The position numbers were made by a program, and so were the translations under genes. A DNA stretch of 64,000 nt from positions 35,392 to 99,391 of IMG/VR virus record IMGVR_UViG_3300013383_000024. The stretch is one strand, 5' to 3'. Source of the DNA: a virus (taxonomy: Duplodnaviria; Caudoviricetes). Below, piece after piece: positions 12,201-21,059 of the stretch; positions within the stretch are counted from its first letter, which is position 1, and every line of letters starts with the position of its first letter. Under the pieces are notes generated by a model. That model was not told the DNA's origin. It searched no databases and saw only the letters and a list, made by a program, of their open reading frames with translations.

Positions 12201-13113
12201 GAGCAAGACTTCTGTTTCGACGATAGCTATAAATAACGTTCGTTTTGATAATACTACCTCAACAGCTCCTGATCGTGAAATCGTAGTAATACGAAAAGTA
12301 AAGGGCGATGACAATTTATATATATATTCGTCCAACAAGTCCGAGAATTCTATAAGCGAGACTGTTCTTACAGGTGCGTTCCTGTCTGCTTCCGGAGATG
12401 GTGCCGCCAGTTACAAAAACGCCCCTATTGCTTTCGGTGCTAATGTCACTACCGTAGGTGTAAGTGCTGCGTGTAAGGGGAAAATCTACTGGTCTAAACT
12501 GTGGTACGGAGATATTGGTGTTGATGCGTGCAGAGAAATAGCTTCGTGGCCGAGACAGCGCATAACGCTGGTCGCAACAGGTAAAGACTCAGACGATGTA
12601 CACAACTTGTATGTCGATACAGTCGCGTCCGGTTCTGCGAGTCACTGCTGCTTCATCTCGCAAGGATTGCTTGGTGCAGTGCATACATTCTATTCTGCCG
12701 GGGAAATAGGAAGTTGGGAAAACAGTGATATAAGAAGCTGGATTTCTGCAAGATTAATCAAGGCGTTCCCGATGCAATGGCAGGGTCTTTTTGTCGACGG
12801 CAAGTTGCAGTCTGGCTGCTCTGATGGCAGTACTACGGAAACTGTCGATACTATATGGCTTCCGTCTGCTAAAGACATGGATGACAGTGTGGATACAGAA
12901 ACCACATCTCCCTTCACGATATTCTATGATTCAAGTAGCAGAACGAAGATATCTTCGATTACCGGTTCATCTGCTGGTTATTTCACAAGAACATTTGCTC
13001 CGAGCACCGCATCATATCGTTATATACGCGGAATAAGTAATGGCGGCGGTTTTGAAAACTTTACTGTTTCCAATACTACGAAGCGTGACGTCTGCTTTGG
13101 TTTATTCATATAA
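6250..13113 (+). CDS. Giant tail adhesion protein (LamG-like, CotH-kinase-like, LRR, InlB-B-repeat and DUF6273-like domains)
   Basis: 2287 aa with GGAGG RBS. Motifs: DNRAKNMF...YDLDSCFG (CotH-like), LKKLTIG/LDELNI (LRR), YTFSGWS repeats, and WENSDIRSW...DTIWLPS at the C-terminus. Confidence 0.65.
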   Translation: MAQTENLGLVLTEASETSMNFLEWRQIINGSNDSNVKKIDAAIGELQDKFSNYADGLIYNADTGVLQLSSGGTALEGNNASVTIKLSDYYTKSEVDELIKKIPGGGGTVDLSDYYTKAEADSKIKEAVDSVPEVDLSNYYTKSATEAYVTNAMNDLAGNSAIEDIHSRAVGALEYDTTTYELTTKNLNGETIGDPIVIKGGGGGGDSYAVRLINGMPATIFTVAYGAQTLISATYNEYYGTDPTGSSGVLTVSYKPSTSEDWTVFAKQNVQHGVSFSLDITSLLQEGKTMDIELSVVGGESGQTRTLTYSITAVEATISAVNYDPAAVYTGDINFQYKCMGRNLKKTVHFLIDGVEYAQADIGTSHNATLTQQIKLVGNYSYGAHLLTVYFETDTGAKSNELSLAILYNDGSSAAPMISAIPVTDEITYGDSLGVNYIVFTPGQETTDELLIRVYSSEDGDETEYASTALADIPNSKQYTWQTVNYPSVGTAYIELASGETSVTVQVLVKEIQTEYDLDPVSTSLVYSYSASGRSNNDSNKELYEYEYTTGSGVTTKIKGVFDGFNWVSNGYLDGSSLTLSGEAKHTIKLPIFSTSYTDDDGQTVSLESSSGASVTTNGRTVEIEFELSNVTNINAQIIKCMSDDHAGFIVTPQTCYLLASNGADAALDDTGFIENEESIAAAYIKDNSRIRLSFVIEPKGSVQYEDDGQTITGQCVNIYINGQFANSFPYPDNARFGQSEFISIGDNSCITNVYDVRIYNRGLSTAEICQNYKASPISVQDRIARFEDNDILTDDGDIDYNKAIEKYACLLITGPLSPYKGANGIKTSGKYESGVTLTKPDGNGSYTVEFNLLDKDSDGVWVSSNNVQGTSSVKFPVKNYKIYLAKMVTDELGAPVKKKVKYSLKGKDPVTGDDLSIGESTLCWKGDYMSSDHANTFNANLADTLYNDVTASQDPAQGGDARVQNTVYGFRCLLFRRDDIDSKIEFIGDGCLNNDKGNTKTFGLECDEDSGNVTKRQKWEFLNNTESLCSFLTDRLQEDIVADTGTKKRVTAGLESSYPDQGDLEDEGLTPNYDYIQALFTWVYQRANFLQASTDTLETPISYNGSSYTTQRDYRKAIFKNEFTRHFDLNHSLVYYLFCEFTALCDNRAKNMFMKSEDVLVESLLDKNGAALNINTVIDAGTGEVHADQIDWENSTFAVWFPVLYDLDSCFGVENSGYMQIPYYADWNYKLNGVQKFNGRESLLWLMFEEAFADEIEAKAKELTGRDSGNGGLNYESLYDYHIKNNAKLMCPAAINRDMETKYTDPWIKGFVNYSVEGNPLQHISDYKYLQRGDRTEQKDAFIYKRCNMLYSKYRCDKFLNNNINFRVGTDGGVLAADTGITITASQALYPAVKYGDGAAAVVSASKTAAGIPVTIVKPGTTEYDKVGFSDTVRIAGGGLLTDIGDISKFRPYELQLQNATGLKKLTIGSAEDGYTNFQIKAIDTSACKILDELNIMGCTGIVGNVDLSRNGLIRKVFASKSGASSITLPVGGVLEELHLGMVNDIEVLNHTALQTFTCDSYSKLTSLRVENTPSIPVMDIVKERLAYLTSGLRLVGINADIGDDQSIFDLLLSNTAKGKYIDNNGTLSEDKDAYPYISGTITCSRIGSYVLENMNKAYPYLTIKYATLVNQYSATFMNGDEIYDVQYIMHGQSALNPITRSVNPLPAPTKESTDAVDYTFSGWSGSWKNDNETTAITSNVIFNAEYSETPREYTVRWRYYKGTNTQVSKSVKILYGESAEFIDEDLENNIPIRAAQSTDDMGHYWLFDHWDKSTACVTGDITVNAVFSEAYLNDTCTKSLSNMTPVDLYALVQGGKLEMTREGSMFKNNNSYISCADTIDVILGRDYDYDNIRSLELVSTDDPKEFSGTSGSYYLPQDGQGKDVTPFKDGESFVLAVDFEFDKTATENRVLMSCFSSNNGFKLQCAKVDNSSVLNGFVYGGQSKTSVSTIAINNVRFDNTTSTAPDREIVVIRKVKGDDNLYIYSSNKSENSISETVLTGAFLSASGDGAASYKNAPIAFGANVTTVGVSAACKGKIYWSKLWYGDIGVDACREIASWPRQRITLVATGKDSDDVHNLYVDTVASGSASHCCFISQGLLGAVHTFYSAGEIGSWENSDIRSWISARLIKAFPMQWQGLFVDGKLQSGCSDGSTTETVDTIWLPSAKDMDDSVDTETTSPFTIFYDSSSRTKISSITGSSAGYFTRTFAPSTASYRYIRGISNGGGFENFTVSNTTKRDVCFGLFI

Positions 13114-13125
13114 GGGGGTGTTGGA

Positions 13126-13878
13126 GTGAGTTATAAAATAATTCAAAACGGTGAAGTTGTATCCGTTATAGATTCACCTGTATGGGTCACTCAGCTTTCC
13201 AATGGCTCAATAATCCGTAGTGGTCTGTCTAACGCTATGGGTGTAGTTTCGGCGGACGGAACTCGAACGTTTCATATTATCGGTGCAAAAAAGTTTGTTA
13301 ATGCCGGGCGTAAGTTTGAGGATGTAGAAGCTGTTTATATAAACGCGGCTGAGGCTGAGGAGCTTAAAACACTCCTGGAACTCGGTGCCTCTGTCAGCGG
13401 AGACGCAGACGTTACATGGGACGAGCCTACTGACGAACCCGAACCCGAGACCATTGAGGATAATGCTACTTTAGACGAGGCCAAAGATCGCAAGATAGCG
13501 CTGCTCTCCGAGGACTCCCGTCAGGTCATTTATAACGGTGTTGACGTAGAGACCACGGCTGGAGTTGAGCACTTTGCTTTGGGTATTAATGAACAGCTCG
13601 ACCTGATAACGCTCTATTCTTTAGCCTCGACGGATGTTGAACAGATACCCTATCACAACTCAGATGGCGATTGCCGCTATTACAGCGGTGAGGACATCCT
13701 TAAAATAATAAGCGCTGCGAACAAGCTCAAGATGTATCACTCGGCATATATGGACAGCCTGAAAAGATGGGTCTCTGCAATGCAGAGCATCTCTGAGGTT
13801 GGCCAAGTTAAGTATGGCGATACTATCCCTGATGCTTATTGCACAGATGTGTATCGGGATATAGCCTCCAGCGTTTAA
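13126..13878 (+). CDS. Tail fibre assembly-like protein (DUF4376-like C-terminus)
   Basis: 'AKDRKIALLS...IYNG...HF...QLDL...YH...C' pattern; follows the giant adhesin. Confidence 0.55.
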   Translation: MSYKIIQNGEVVSVIDSPVWVTQLSNGSIIRSGLSNAMGVVSADGTRTFHIIGAKKFVNAGRKFEDVEAVYINAAEAEELKTLLELGASVSGDADVTWDEPTDEPEPETIEDNATLDEAKDRKIALLSEDSRQVIYNGVDVETTAGVEHFALGINEQLDLITLYSLASTDVEQIPYHNSDGDCRYYSGEDILKIISAANKLKMYHSAYMDSLKRWVSAMQSISEVGQVKYGDTIPDAYCTDVYRDIASSV

Positions 13879-13883
13879 TAATA

Positions 13884-13909
13884 GCCGCCTGTCGTTTTAG
13901 GCAGGCGGC
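13884..13909 (+). terminator. GC-rich hairpin
   Basis: gccgcctgtc-gtttta-ggcaggcggc; no clear U-tract follows. Confidence 0.4.
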
Positions 13910-13936
13910 AAACTCTAAGTAAAGGAGGCGAACGAA

Positions 13937-14557
13937 ATGTATGTCATTAAAATGAATGCAGATAAGAGTCTGCAAACGACCATACATGCAAACATATATC
14001 AGGGCGAGAAAAACGCCGATACGCTTGTGTTCCTGATTCCCAAGCTATACGGTAATCAGAATGTGGCTGACTGCGATCTTCTGATGCGTTATATATTGCC
14101 CAGTGGATATGGTAGGTCTGAGGCTCTCGAATTGGCGCTTGAGCCCTACAATTCAGATTACTATCGTTATGACCTGAAGCTGGATACAAAGCTGACCGAG
14201 TTTGCCGGAGATATAGAAATTTGGTTAAGCGCTATTAGCTTAAACGACAACGTTGTGTTTAAGACCGGCAGTGTTGAGCTGACTGTTCTGCCGTCTAAGG
14301 ATATTGCAGACTACCTCGACCCCAAGAGCAGAGATCAACTGGATAAACTCAGTGAGAAGGTCTCCAAGCTTGAAGTCGAAAAAGCGGATAACATCTTTTA
14401 TGATGAAGAAGATAATTATCTTCAACTGTCCTCTAACGGCTCGGCAATCGGGAACAAGATCGACATGTCTAAGGTCAAAGGCGATGACGAAGTCATTGAT
14501 TTTGATCAAGTACCTGATATCCCCGATGACGATAATGACAACGTTATTTATTTCTAA
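13937..14557 (+). CDS. BppU N-terminal-like baseplate protein
   Basis: IYQGEKNADTLVF...LTEFAGDIEIWL pattern. Confidence 0.55.
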   Translation: MYVIKMNADKSLQTTIHANIYQGEKNADTLVFLIPKLYGNQNVADCDLLMRYILPSGYGRSEALELALEPYNSDYYRYDLKLDTKLTEFAGDIEIWLSAISLNDNVVFKTGSVELTVLPSKDIADYLDPKSRDQLDKLSEKVSKLEVEKADNIFYDEEDNYLQLSSNGSAIGNKIDMSKVKGDDEVIDFDQVPDIPDDDNDNVIYF

Positions 14558-14575
14558 AACAGGAGGTGATTAAAA

Positions 14576-14935
14576 GTGGGTGTAAGAGTTGCGTATGGCA
14601 GACGCGAAAAGATCCCTGCGGCGATTGAAAGCGGAACCGTGCCTAAAGATAGCATCATAATCACCAAAGACGACGAGGCTGAACTCTTATTCTACGATGC
14701 CTCTGGAAACTTGAGAAACATCCATGAAAGAACTCGGTTCGAAACAACCACTGAAGCCTTGACGTGGATAAAGAAGTATGGTTGTCTTGGCAACATAGTT
14801 ACGATCCATAACGGCGCTGATTGGACCCCGTTTGTTGTTCAGGATGGATATACGTTATCTCCCATCAAAAATGAACCCGGAGAGATAACTGATGTAAAAA
14901 GAATAGATGGCGGTAGACCCGGCGGCCTTATTTAG
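14576..14935 (+). CDS. Hypothetical tail-module protein
   Basis: GGAGGTG RBS and GTG start. Confidence 0.6.
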   Translation: MGVRVAYGRREKIPAAIESGTVPKDSIIITKDDEAELLFYDASGNLRNIHERTRFETTTEALTWIKKYGCLGNIVTIHNGADWTPFVVQDGYTLSPIKNEPGEITDVKRIDGGRPGGLI

Positions 14936-14980
14936 GTTGCCGGTTTTATTATATTTAAATTTTAATACAGGAGGTTCTAC

Positions 14981-16216
14981 ATGAGCGAAACAGTATTAAA
15001 AACTGTCCTCCAGTTAAGGAGAGGCACAACCGCCGAATGGGTTGAGAATGCCGACTGCATTCCCGCCGAGGGCGAACCTTGCCTTGATCTTGATACTGGA
15101 ATGATAAAGTATGGCGATGGTGTGAGCAAGTACAGCGAGTTGAAGTATGCTGGCGGCGGCTCTCAGGCATCGCACTATGAAGGTGTAAAGCAGGACAGCG
15201 AGGCTGACACTGCTGTTATTGAGCGTGTTCTCACTGAGTTAGGTGCGACCGCACAGAAGGACGACATTTTTGTCGTCAAGGCTCTAATTACAGAAGGTAA
15301 GTATTCTTATACCGCATACGTCTATGATGGCGCTGTTTGGGCTGCTATGGATGGCAACTATAGCGCGGAAAATGTCTACTTCTCCGAAGACCTTACATAC
15401 ACTGCTCCCATTGGCGTTATGACCGTTCCCTCTTCGGGCTCCGGTACTATTGCCGCTACCGGCAAGAATGTAAAGGAAGTATTCGCTTCCATCCTTGCAA
15501 AAGAAAAGAATCCTGCAGCAACTCCTCCTGCGGTTACTATAACTTGCGGCCAGGTCGGTGCATATGAGGTTGGCTCTAAGGTAACTCCTGCGTATAGCGC
15601 ATCTCTTAGCGCAGGCAGCTATACTTACGGCCCGGCAACCGGCATTGTTGCTACTGCGTGGAGTGTAACCGACGGCACTACCACTAAGGACACCGCAAGC
15701 GGCACGTTTGATGAGCTGACTGTCGGCGACTCTACCAGCTATACGATTACCGCTACCGCAACTCATGGCGAGGGCGCTGTTCCTAAGACTAACCTTGGTA
15801 ATGAGTATGCCGATGGTAAGATTGCTGCCGGTTCAAAGAGCAAGGCGACCGGCAAGATTACCGGCTATCGCAACAGCTTCTATGGCACTCTCAAAACTAA
15901 GGATGGCGAGGTTAATTCCGCTATGATTCGTGGCCTGTCCGGCAAGTCTGGCAAAGCACTCGCCAATGGCAGCACTTTTAATCTGTCTATCCCCGTTGGT
16001 GCTATCCGCGTAATGTTCGCATACCCTGCGACCCTGCGCGACGTAAGCTCTGTACAGGATATCAACGGCATGAGCGCCGAGGTTAAGACCGCATTTACTA
16101 TGAGCGTAGTCTCCGTTGAGGGTGCAAACGGTTACAACGCAATCGACTATAAGGTGTATGTAATGGATATGGCTAATGCTAACGACACTGCAAATACCTA
16201 CAAGGTTACAATTTAA
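14981..16216 (+). CDS. Tail fibre protein with Mtd-N/hyaluronidase-N-like anchor domain
   Basis: QLRRGTTAEW...EGE...KYGDG...LKY at the N-terminus; Thr/Ser-rich beta C-terminus. Confidence 0.7.
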   Translation: MSETVLKTVLQLRRGTTAEWVENADCIPAEGEPCLDLDTGMIKYGDGVSKYSELKYAGGGSQASHYEGVKQDSEADTAVIERVLTELGATAQKDDIFVVKALITEGKYSYTAYVYDGAVWAAMDGNYSAENVYFSEDLTYTAPIGVMTVPSSGSGTIAATGKNVKEVFASILAKEKNPAATPPAVTITCGQVGAYEVGSKVTPAYSASLSAGSYTYGPATGIVATAWSVTDGTTTKDTASGTFDELTVGDSTSYTITATATHGEGAVPKTNLGNEYADGKIAAGSKSKATGKITGYRNSFYGTLKTKDGEVNSAMIRGLSGKSGKALANGSTFNLSIPVGAIRVMFAYPATLRDVSSVQDINGMSAEVKTAFTMSVVSVEGANGYNAIDYKVYVMDMANANDTANTYKVTI

Positions 16217-16230
16217 AGGAGGTGCGAATT

Positions 16231-17505
16231 ATGGCTAATTTCGGTAAATTGAATTTCGCTGTCTCCTTTAATCCTGTAAGTGCATTTCCCATTGATGCAA
16301 GATATTATTTTGCTACACTGGCGGATGCACAGGCGGCAGCCGCTGCCGCCGTTGGAGTTGGCAGCTCTGACGGCGTATATTTTTACGGTGAAAACGTCTG
16401 CGTTGTCACCGAATCTTCTGCTGATCTTTATATCATCCAGCCCGATAAGACACTTAAGGCTGTTGGCTCCGAGGTTCTTGGCGACGACAAATCAGTTGAG
16501 ATCGTCGATGGTAAGGTTACCCTTAAGGGCTTTGCAGATGCAACGGCTGGTCAGCAGCCTCGCGTAAGCACTGACGGTGCAAGCATCGAGTGGTATACTC
16601 CCGATACTTCTACGGTCTCCGGTCTTGCTGACACTGTCGCCGGTCATACTCAGGATATTTCAAACCTACAGACCGATAAGGCAGACAAGGCGACTACGCT
16701 TGAGGGTTACGGCATTGCCGATGCACTGACCAAGGCTCAGACTGAGGCCGCTATTCAGGCAGCTATTGCTGGGACCGGACATGCTCAGTTCATAAAGGCC
16801 GAAGCTGTTCCTGCAAAGGAAGATGCTCAGGACAATGTTCTGTATCTTGTTATGAATGCAGGCACTGGCTTCTACGACATTTATGCCAAGGTCGACGGCG
16901 AGGTTGTCAGACTGGACGACACCAGTGTTAACCTTGCTGACTATGTGACCAATGAGGCTCTCACAGAGGCTCTTGGTGGTAAGGTTGATGTCGTTGATGG
17001 TTCTCGCCTTATGACTGACGTTGAGGGCGAGAAGCTCGCCGGTATCGCCGAGGGTGCCCAGGCCAATGTTATCGACGCTGTTTCTGAACAGTTTGAGATA
17101 GCTGACGGTAAAACTCTGAAACTTAAGACTGACGCGCTTACGCTGCCGATGGACAACATCGAAGGACTGCCCGCCGCACTGGCCGGTAAGGTTAACGCCG
17201 TAGAGGGCTCCCGCCTTATGACCACTGCTGAGGGCGAGAAGCTTGCGGCTCTTGTTGAGGGTGCGCAGCAGAATATCCTTGAGGTCATCAAGCTTAACGG
17301 CACAGCGCTTCCTATTGCTGAGAAATCCGTCAACATCCCCCTTGCGACCGCTGAGGCTCTCGGTGTTGTCAAGGGCACCCCTAATGATAACGGTATTGCT
17401 ATCGCCGAGGATGGTACTATGACCGTTAATCGCATAAGTCTGAGCAAGCTCTATCAGGATGAAGGCGAGACGCTTATTCTTGATGGCGGCAGTGCTGCCA
17501 GATAA
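16231..17505 (+). CDS. Tail fibre shaft protein
   Basis: ATTLEGYGIAD motif; duplicated KVxxVxGSRLMT...EKLAxxxEGAQxN repeats; C-terminal ILDGGSA. Confidence 0.65.
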   Translation: MANFGKLNFAVSFNPVSAFPIDARYYFATLADAQAAAAAAVGVGSSDGVYFYGENVCVVTESSADLYIIQPDKTLKAVGSEVLGDDKSVEIVDGKVTLKGFADATAGQQPRVSTDGASIEWYTPDTSTVSGLADTVAGHTQDISNLQTDKADKATTLEGYGIADALTKAQTEAAIQAAIAGTGHAQFIKAEAVPAKEDAQDNVLYLVMNAGTGFYDIYAKVDGEVVRLDDTSVNLADYVTNEALTEALGGKVDVVDGSRLMTDVEGEKLAGIAEGAQANVIDAVSEQFEIADGKTLKLKTDALTLPMDNIEGLPAALAGKVNAVEGSRLMTTAEGEKLAALVEGAQQNILEVIKLNGTALPIAEKSVNIPLATAEALGVVKGTPNDNGIAIAEDGTMTVNRISLSKLYQDEGETLILDGGSAAR

Positions 17506-17511
17506 GTGACC

Positions 17512-17538
17512 AAGCGCACCTGTTTGGGTGCGCTTTTT
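17512..17538 (+). terminator. Rho-independent terminator
   Basis: aagcgcacc-tgtttg-ggtgcgctt followed by a T run. Confidence 0.65.
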
Positions 17539-17574
17539 ACAACATAATTCTAATTACCATACGAGGTATTAATA

Positions 17575-18732
17575 ATGGCTAACGAAACTATTTTCAATAC
17601 AAGGCTGAAGCTCAAATATGATACTTATGCCAACTGGACTACTGCAAATCCCAAGCTGCTTGAGGGTGAGATTGCCATAGTAGTTGTCCCCGCGCAGGCT
17701 GGTGCAGTTGTTCAGGAGCCTGCTGTTCTGTTCAAAGTTGGCGATGGCACTTCCCTGTTCAATACCCTCAGCTTCGCAGGCGGTCTCGCGGCTGACGTTC
17801 ATGATTGGGCTAAAGCGGCAAGCAAGCCTGAGTATAAAGCGTCTGAGATTAGCGGTCTTGCTGAGTACGTCTCCGGCAAGGTACAGGATACCAACACCAA
17901 GTACAAGATTGAGAAGGACGCCGAGAACGGTCGTAAGTTTACTCTGTCCTATCAGGAGCTCGGCGGCCAGTGGACTGTTCAGGACACCATCGAAATCCCC
18001 GAGACTGCTTACACTCTCGCCGAGGGTACCGAAGACGGTACTGTGAAGTTTAACGGCAACGACGTTAAGGTACATGGTCTTGGCACTGCGGCTTATAAGG
18101 ACGCCGGTGCATTTGATGAAGCTGGCGCTGCGGCACAGGCTCTTCAGGATGCAAAGACTTATGCGGATGGTAAGGTTTACGACGATACCACACTGGCAGG
18201 CCGCGTATCCGCCAACGAGACTGCAATCGAGACCCTGAACGGCAGCAAAACGACCGAAGGTTCTGTTGCTTATCAGATCGCACAGATCGTTGCTGATGCT
18301 GATGCGAGCTACGACACTCTGAAGGAGATCGCAGACTGGATTAGCACTCATACCGGTGACGCTGCGACTATGAACTCCAACATTACCAACAATACCAATG
18401 CTATCAATAGTCTTAAGACTATCGTTGGTGATACTGCTGTTGCGACTCAGATTACAAATGCTATTGAACCGCTTGCAACCAAGGAGGCTCTCAAGGCTGT
18501 TTCCGACGGTCTTGGCGCACTCGCAGCTAAGGATAAAGTCGCAGAGGCCGATCTCGATACTGAACTGGCGGCTAAGCTTAACGGTAAGGTCGACTCTGCC
18601 AGCTGTGGGGATATCATCAGCCATAATGCTGATGAATTTGCTGTGACCGGTCATACCCACGATATCTCCGCCCTGACCCAAGAATCCGGCTATATCATCT
18701 TTAACTGTGGTTCTGCCACGACTGTAATCTAA
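17575..18732 (+). CDS. Tail fibre protein with Mtd-N-like anchor domain
   Basis: DTYANWTTANPKLLEGE...KVGDG; YDTLKEIADWI coiled-coil motif; HTH-DIS; IFNCGSA tail. Confidence 0.7.
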   Translation: MANETIFNTRLKLKYDTYANWTTANPKLLEGEIAIVVVPAQAGAVVQEPAVLFKVGDGTSLFNTLSFAGGLAADVHDWAKAASKPEYKASEISGLAEYVSGKVQDTNTKYKIEKDAENGRKFTLSYQELGGQWTVQDTIEIPETAYTLAEGTEDGTVKFNGNDVKVHGLGTAAYKDAGAFDEAGAAAQALQDAKTYADGKVYDDTTLAGRVSANETAIETLNGSKTTEGSVAYQIAQIVADADASYDTLKEIADWISTHTGDAATMNSNITNNTNAINSLKTIVGDTAVATQITNAIEPLATKEALKAVSDGLGALAAKDKVAEADLDTELAAKLNGKVDSASCGDIISHNADEFAVTGHTHDISALTQESGYIIFNCGSATTVI

Positions 18733-18872
18733 CTCCGTTTTTGTCCCGAGTTCTATATAGGATTCGGGACATTCTTATGTAACGAATAATATATAAAATT
18801 CGTGACAACTAATTAGAAGCAAACCCCGTCGTAGCAATACGGCGGGGTCTTGTCAGCATAAGGAGGTTATTC

Positions 18873-20741
18873 ATGGGCGACAAAATTTACAACGCACGAA
18901 TTAAACATAAACGCGATACAAGCGCCAACTGGACTAGTTCCGATCCTGTCCTGTTGGATGGCGAAATAATCATAGTCGACACCGACAACGGTGTTCGGAC
19001 AAAGACCGGAGACGGAGAAAAGAAATATACACAGCTACCATTCGACGACGAATTTATTAACGCAAAAATAGATCAGAAATTAGACAAATCCGGCGGTACT
19101 ATGACCGGCGATATTGATATGAACGCCCATGATATTACGGGCGCTTCTAAAATTGATACTGGTACTGTACACGCCACGAGTCTCAAACTTAATGGAGTTT
19201 ATATGGAGGCAAGCTCTGAAGGAGCTTCGACAGCCGAACGCAAAGTTACTATTACTGGCACTGCAAATGCAGATGACCCTGTAAGATTGGGTGGAGTGGA
19301 GACGCCGACGGAGGATAATGATGTTGCTAACAAACTTTATGCGGATACAAGAGTTGTTCCTGAAGCTTATTTTGTTACCCTGTTATCTTCGGGCTGGACA
19401 GGCTCGTCTGCTCCTTACTCACAAACAGTTTCCGTCAGTGGAATTTTAGCAACGGATACGCCTTTTGTTATGCCGATCATCGGTAGTGCAAGTTCTACGG
19501 CGGTCTCGCAACAGCAAGCTTGGAACTTGGTAAGTGCGGCAGAGTCCATTGATGGTTCAATTATATTTACATGCTTTGAAGAGAAGCCTGAAACTGATAT
19601 CCGCTTAAAAATAGAGGTAGCGCATTACGATTACAGTGTTGCGCAAAATGCTATTCCCAATTATATAGAAACTGCTGCCACTGAACTTGCGGGCAAAATA
19701 AATGCTGTGCAGCAAGATGATAGCATTACTTTTATTGCTGCGGCGGATGCACATCAGGACGTTTTTGATGCAAATACAGTAATCGGTAACAAGCATGCAG
19801 GGATGGCAATGAAAACTCTCAGAGGGTTAGTCCCAAATATTGATTTTGCTTGTTTCCTTGGCGACTACACCGTTGATACCGGCACGACAACTCTTGCCGA
19901 GGGCAGGCAGCATTTTGCCGAGATAAACGCCGTACTCAAGGATGGCTTTGCCGATATCCCGCAGTTCAGAACTCCCGGCGAGTGCGACGGCCTGAAAGCC
20001 TCATGGCTGTACAACGAGGGAAGCCTGCAATCGGAGGAGATATACTCCTATGTCGGCAAATACAACGAGGGCGCGACCTACGGCAGCACCACAGAGGGCT
20101 ACTGTTACCGCGACTTTACCGAGAAGAAGCTGCGCGTTTTCTGCCTGAACACCTCCGTGGGCGGACAGACTTTAGACACGATGGGCACGCCGCAGCTGCT
20201 GTGGTTTGCGCGTATGCTGCGTGCGGTCGGCATGAAGACCGGCTGGGGAGTGGTCGTCCTTTCGCACTATCCGCCGGATTTCACCGACAGCGAGCTTTCC
20301 GATGCGGCGAGCACGATCGGCTCGATACTCTATCAATATGTCACGGGCGGTTCGTTCGAGGTCGGCGGCATGACGATATCCTATAAAAACTGCAACAAGG
20401 CGAAGATATACGGCGTTTTCCACGGTCATACGCACAACTTCAAGGCTGCAAAAATAAGCTATGTTCAGGAATCAGGCAATACTGAGTTTGACGTTATGCG
20501 CATCGCAACGCCGAACATGTGCTATTTCTACAATAACGAGCTCGGGCAAAACGAGGGCGCGGACGCATACGGTATCGAGTTTGGCGAGGAGACGACCTAC
20601 GCGAAAACGCACGATACCGCAAACGACACATCCTTTGTCGTAAACGTCATAAACCCGACGGAGGGGAAGATACATTCCTTCTGCTACGGCGCGGGCTACG
20701 ACCGCGAGATAACTATCCCGACTGCAGGAACGGAGGCATAA
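18873..20741 (+). CDS. Tail fibre: Mtd-N-like anchor fused to a calcineurin-like metallophosphoesterase domain
   Basis: RDTSANW...KTGDG anchor; DAH, GDY, GECD (GNHD position), SH and GHTH metal motifs in the C-terminal half. Confidence 0.7.
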   Translation: MGDKIYNARIKHKRDTSANWTSSDPVLLDGEIIIVDTDNGVRTKTGDGEKKYTQLPFDDEFINAKIDQKLDKSGGTMTGDIDMNAHDITGASKIDTGTVHATSLKLNGVYMEASSEGASTAERKVTITGTANADDPVRLGGVETPTEDNDVANKLYADTRVVPEAYFVTLLSSGWTGSSAPYSQTVSVSGILATDTPFVMPIIGSASSTAVSQQQAWNLVSAAESIDGSIIFTCFEEKPETDIRLKIEVAHYDYSVAQNAIPNYIETAATELAGKINAVQQDDSITFIAAADAHQDVFDANTVIGNKHAGMAMKTLRGLVPNIDFACFLGDYTVDTGTTTLAEGRQHFAEINAVLKDGFADIPQFRTPGECDGLKASWLYNEGSLQSEEIYSYVGKYNEGATYGSTTEGYCYRDFTEKKLRVFCLNTSVGGQTLDTMGTPQLLWFARMLRAVGMKTGWGVVVLSHYPPDFTDSELSDAASTIGSILYQYVTGGSFEVGGMTISYKNCNKAKIYGVFHGHTHNFKAAKISYVQESGNTEFDVMRIATPNMCYFYNNELGQNEGADAYGIEFGEETTYAKTHDTANDTSFVVNVINPTEGKIHSFCYGAGYDREITIPTAGTEA

Positions 20742-20743
20742 CG

Positions 20744-21049
20744 ATGGCAACAGCATTTTTATGCGGGCAAACGACAAATAGCTACACTACTGACGAAAAA
20801 ACTAAACTCGCAGGCATAGCAACGGGAGCTAACAAAACAGTTGTTGATAGCTCTTTGTCTGCGTCTTCAACTAATCCAGTACAGAACAAGGCTGTAAAAA
20901 CAGCATTAGATAATAAGCTTGACACTGCCGGAGGTACTATAAGCGGAAGGCTTGATTTGGATGGGAAAATTGTCTTATCCTCTGCGTCTTACGGCTCCTC
21001 TCTACCGTCTTCCGGCGTGACAGGTCAGGTGTTTTTCTTAAGGGCGTGA
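20744..21049 (+). CDS. Small tail fibre-associated protein
   Basis: EKTKLAGIA, DSSLSASSTNPVQNK and GQVFF motifs. Confidence 0.65.
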   Translation: MATAFLCGQTTNSYTTDEKTKLAGIATGANKTVVDSSLSASSTNPVQNKAVKTALDNKLDTAGGTISGRLDLDGKIVLSSASYGSSLPSSGVTGQVFFLRA

Positions 21050-21059
21050 GGTGAAATAG

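Noticed and set aside
12640-13113. DGR target (DUF6273-like C-terminus of the giant tail protein)
   Set aside because: No reverse transcriptase and no template repeat seen in this window; cannot be excluded elsewhere in the genome.
17569-18681. Long antisense ORFs (370 aa here, also 2610..3260 and 37135..37836)
   Set aside because: Antisense shadows of codon-biased genes with no independent signals.
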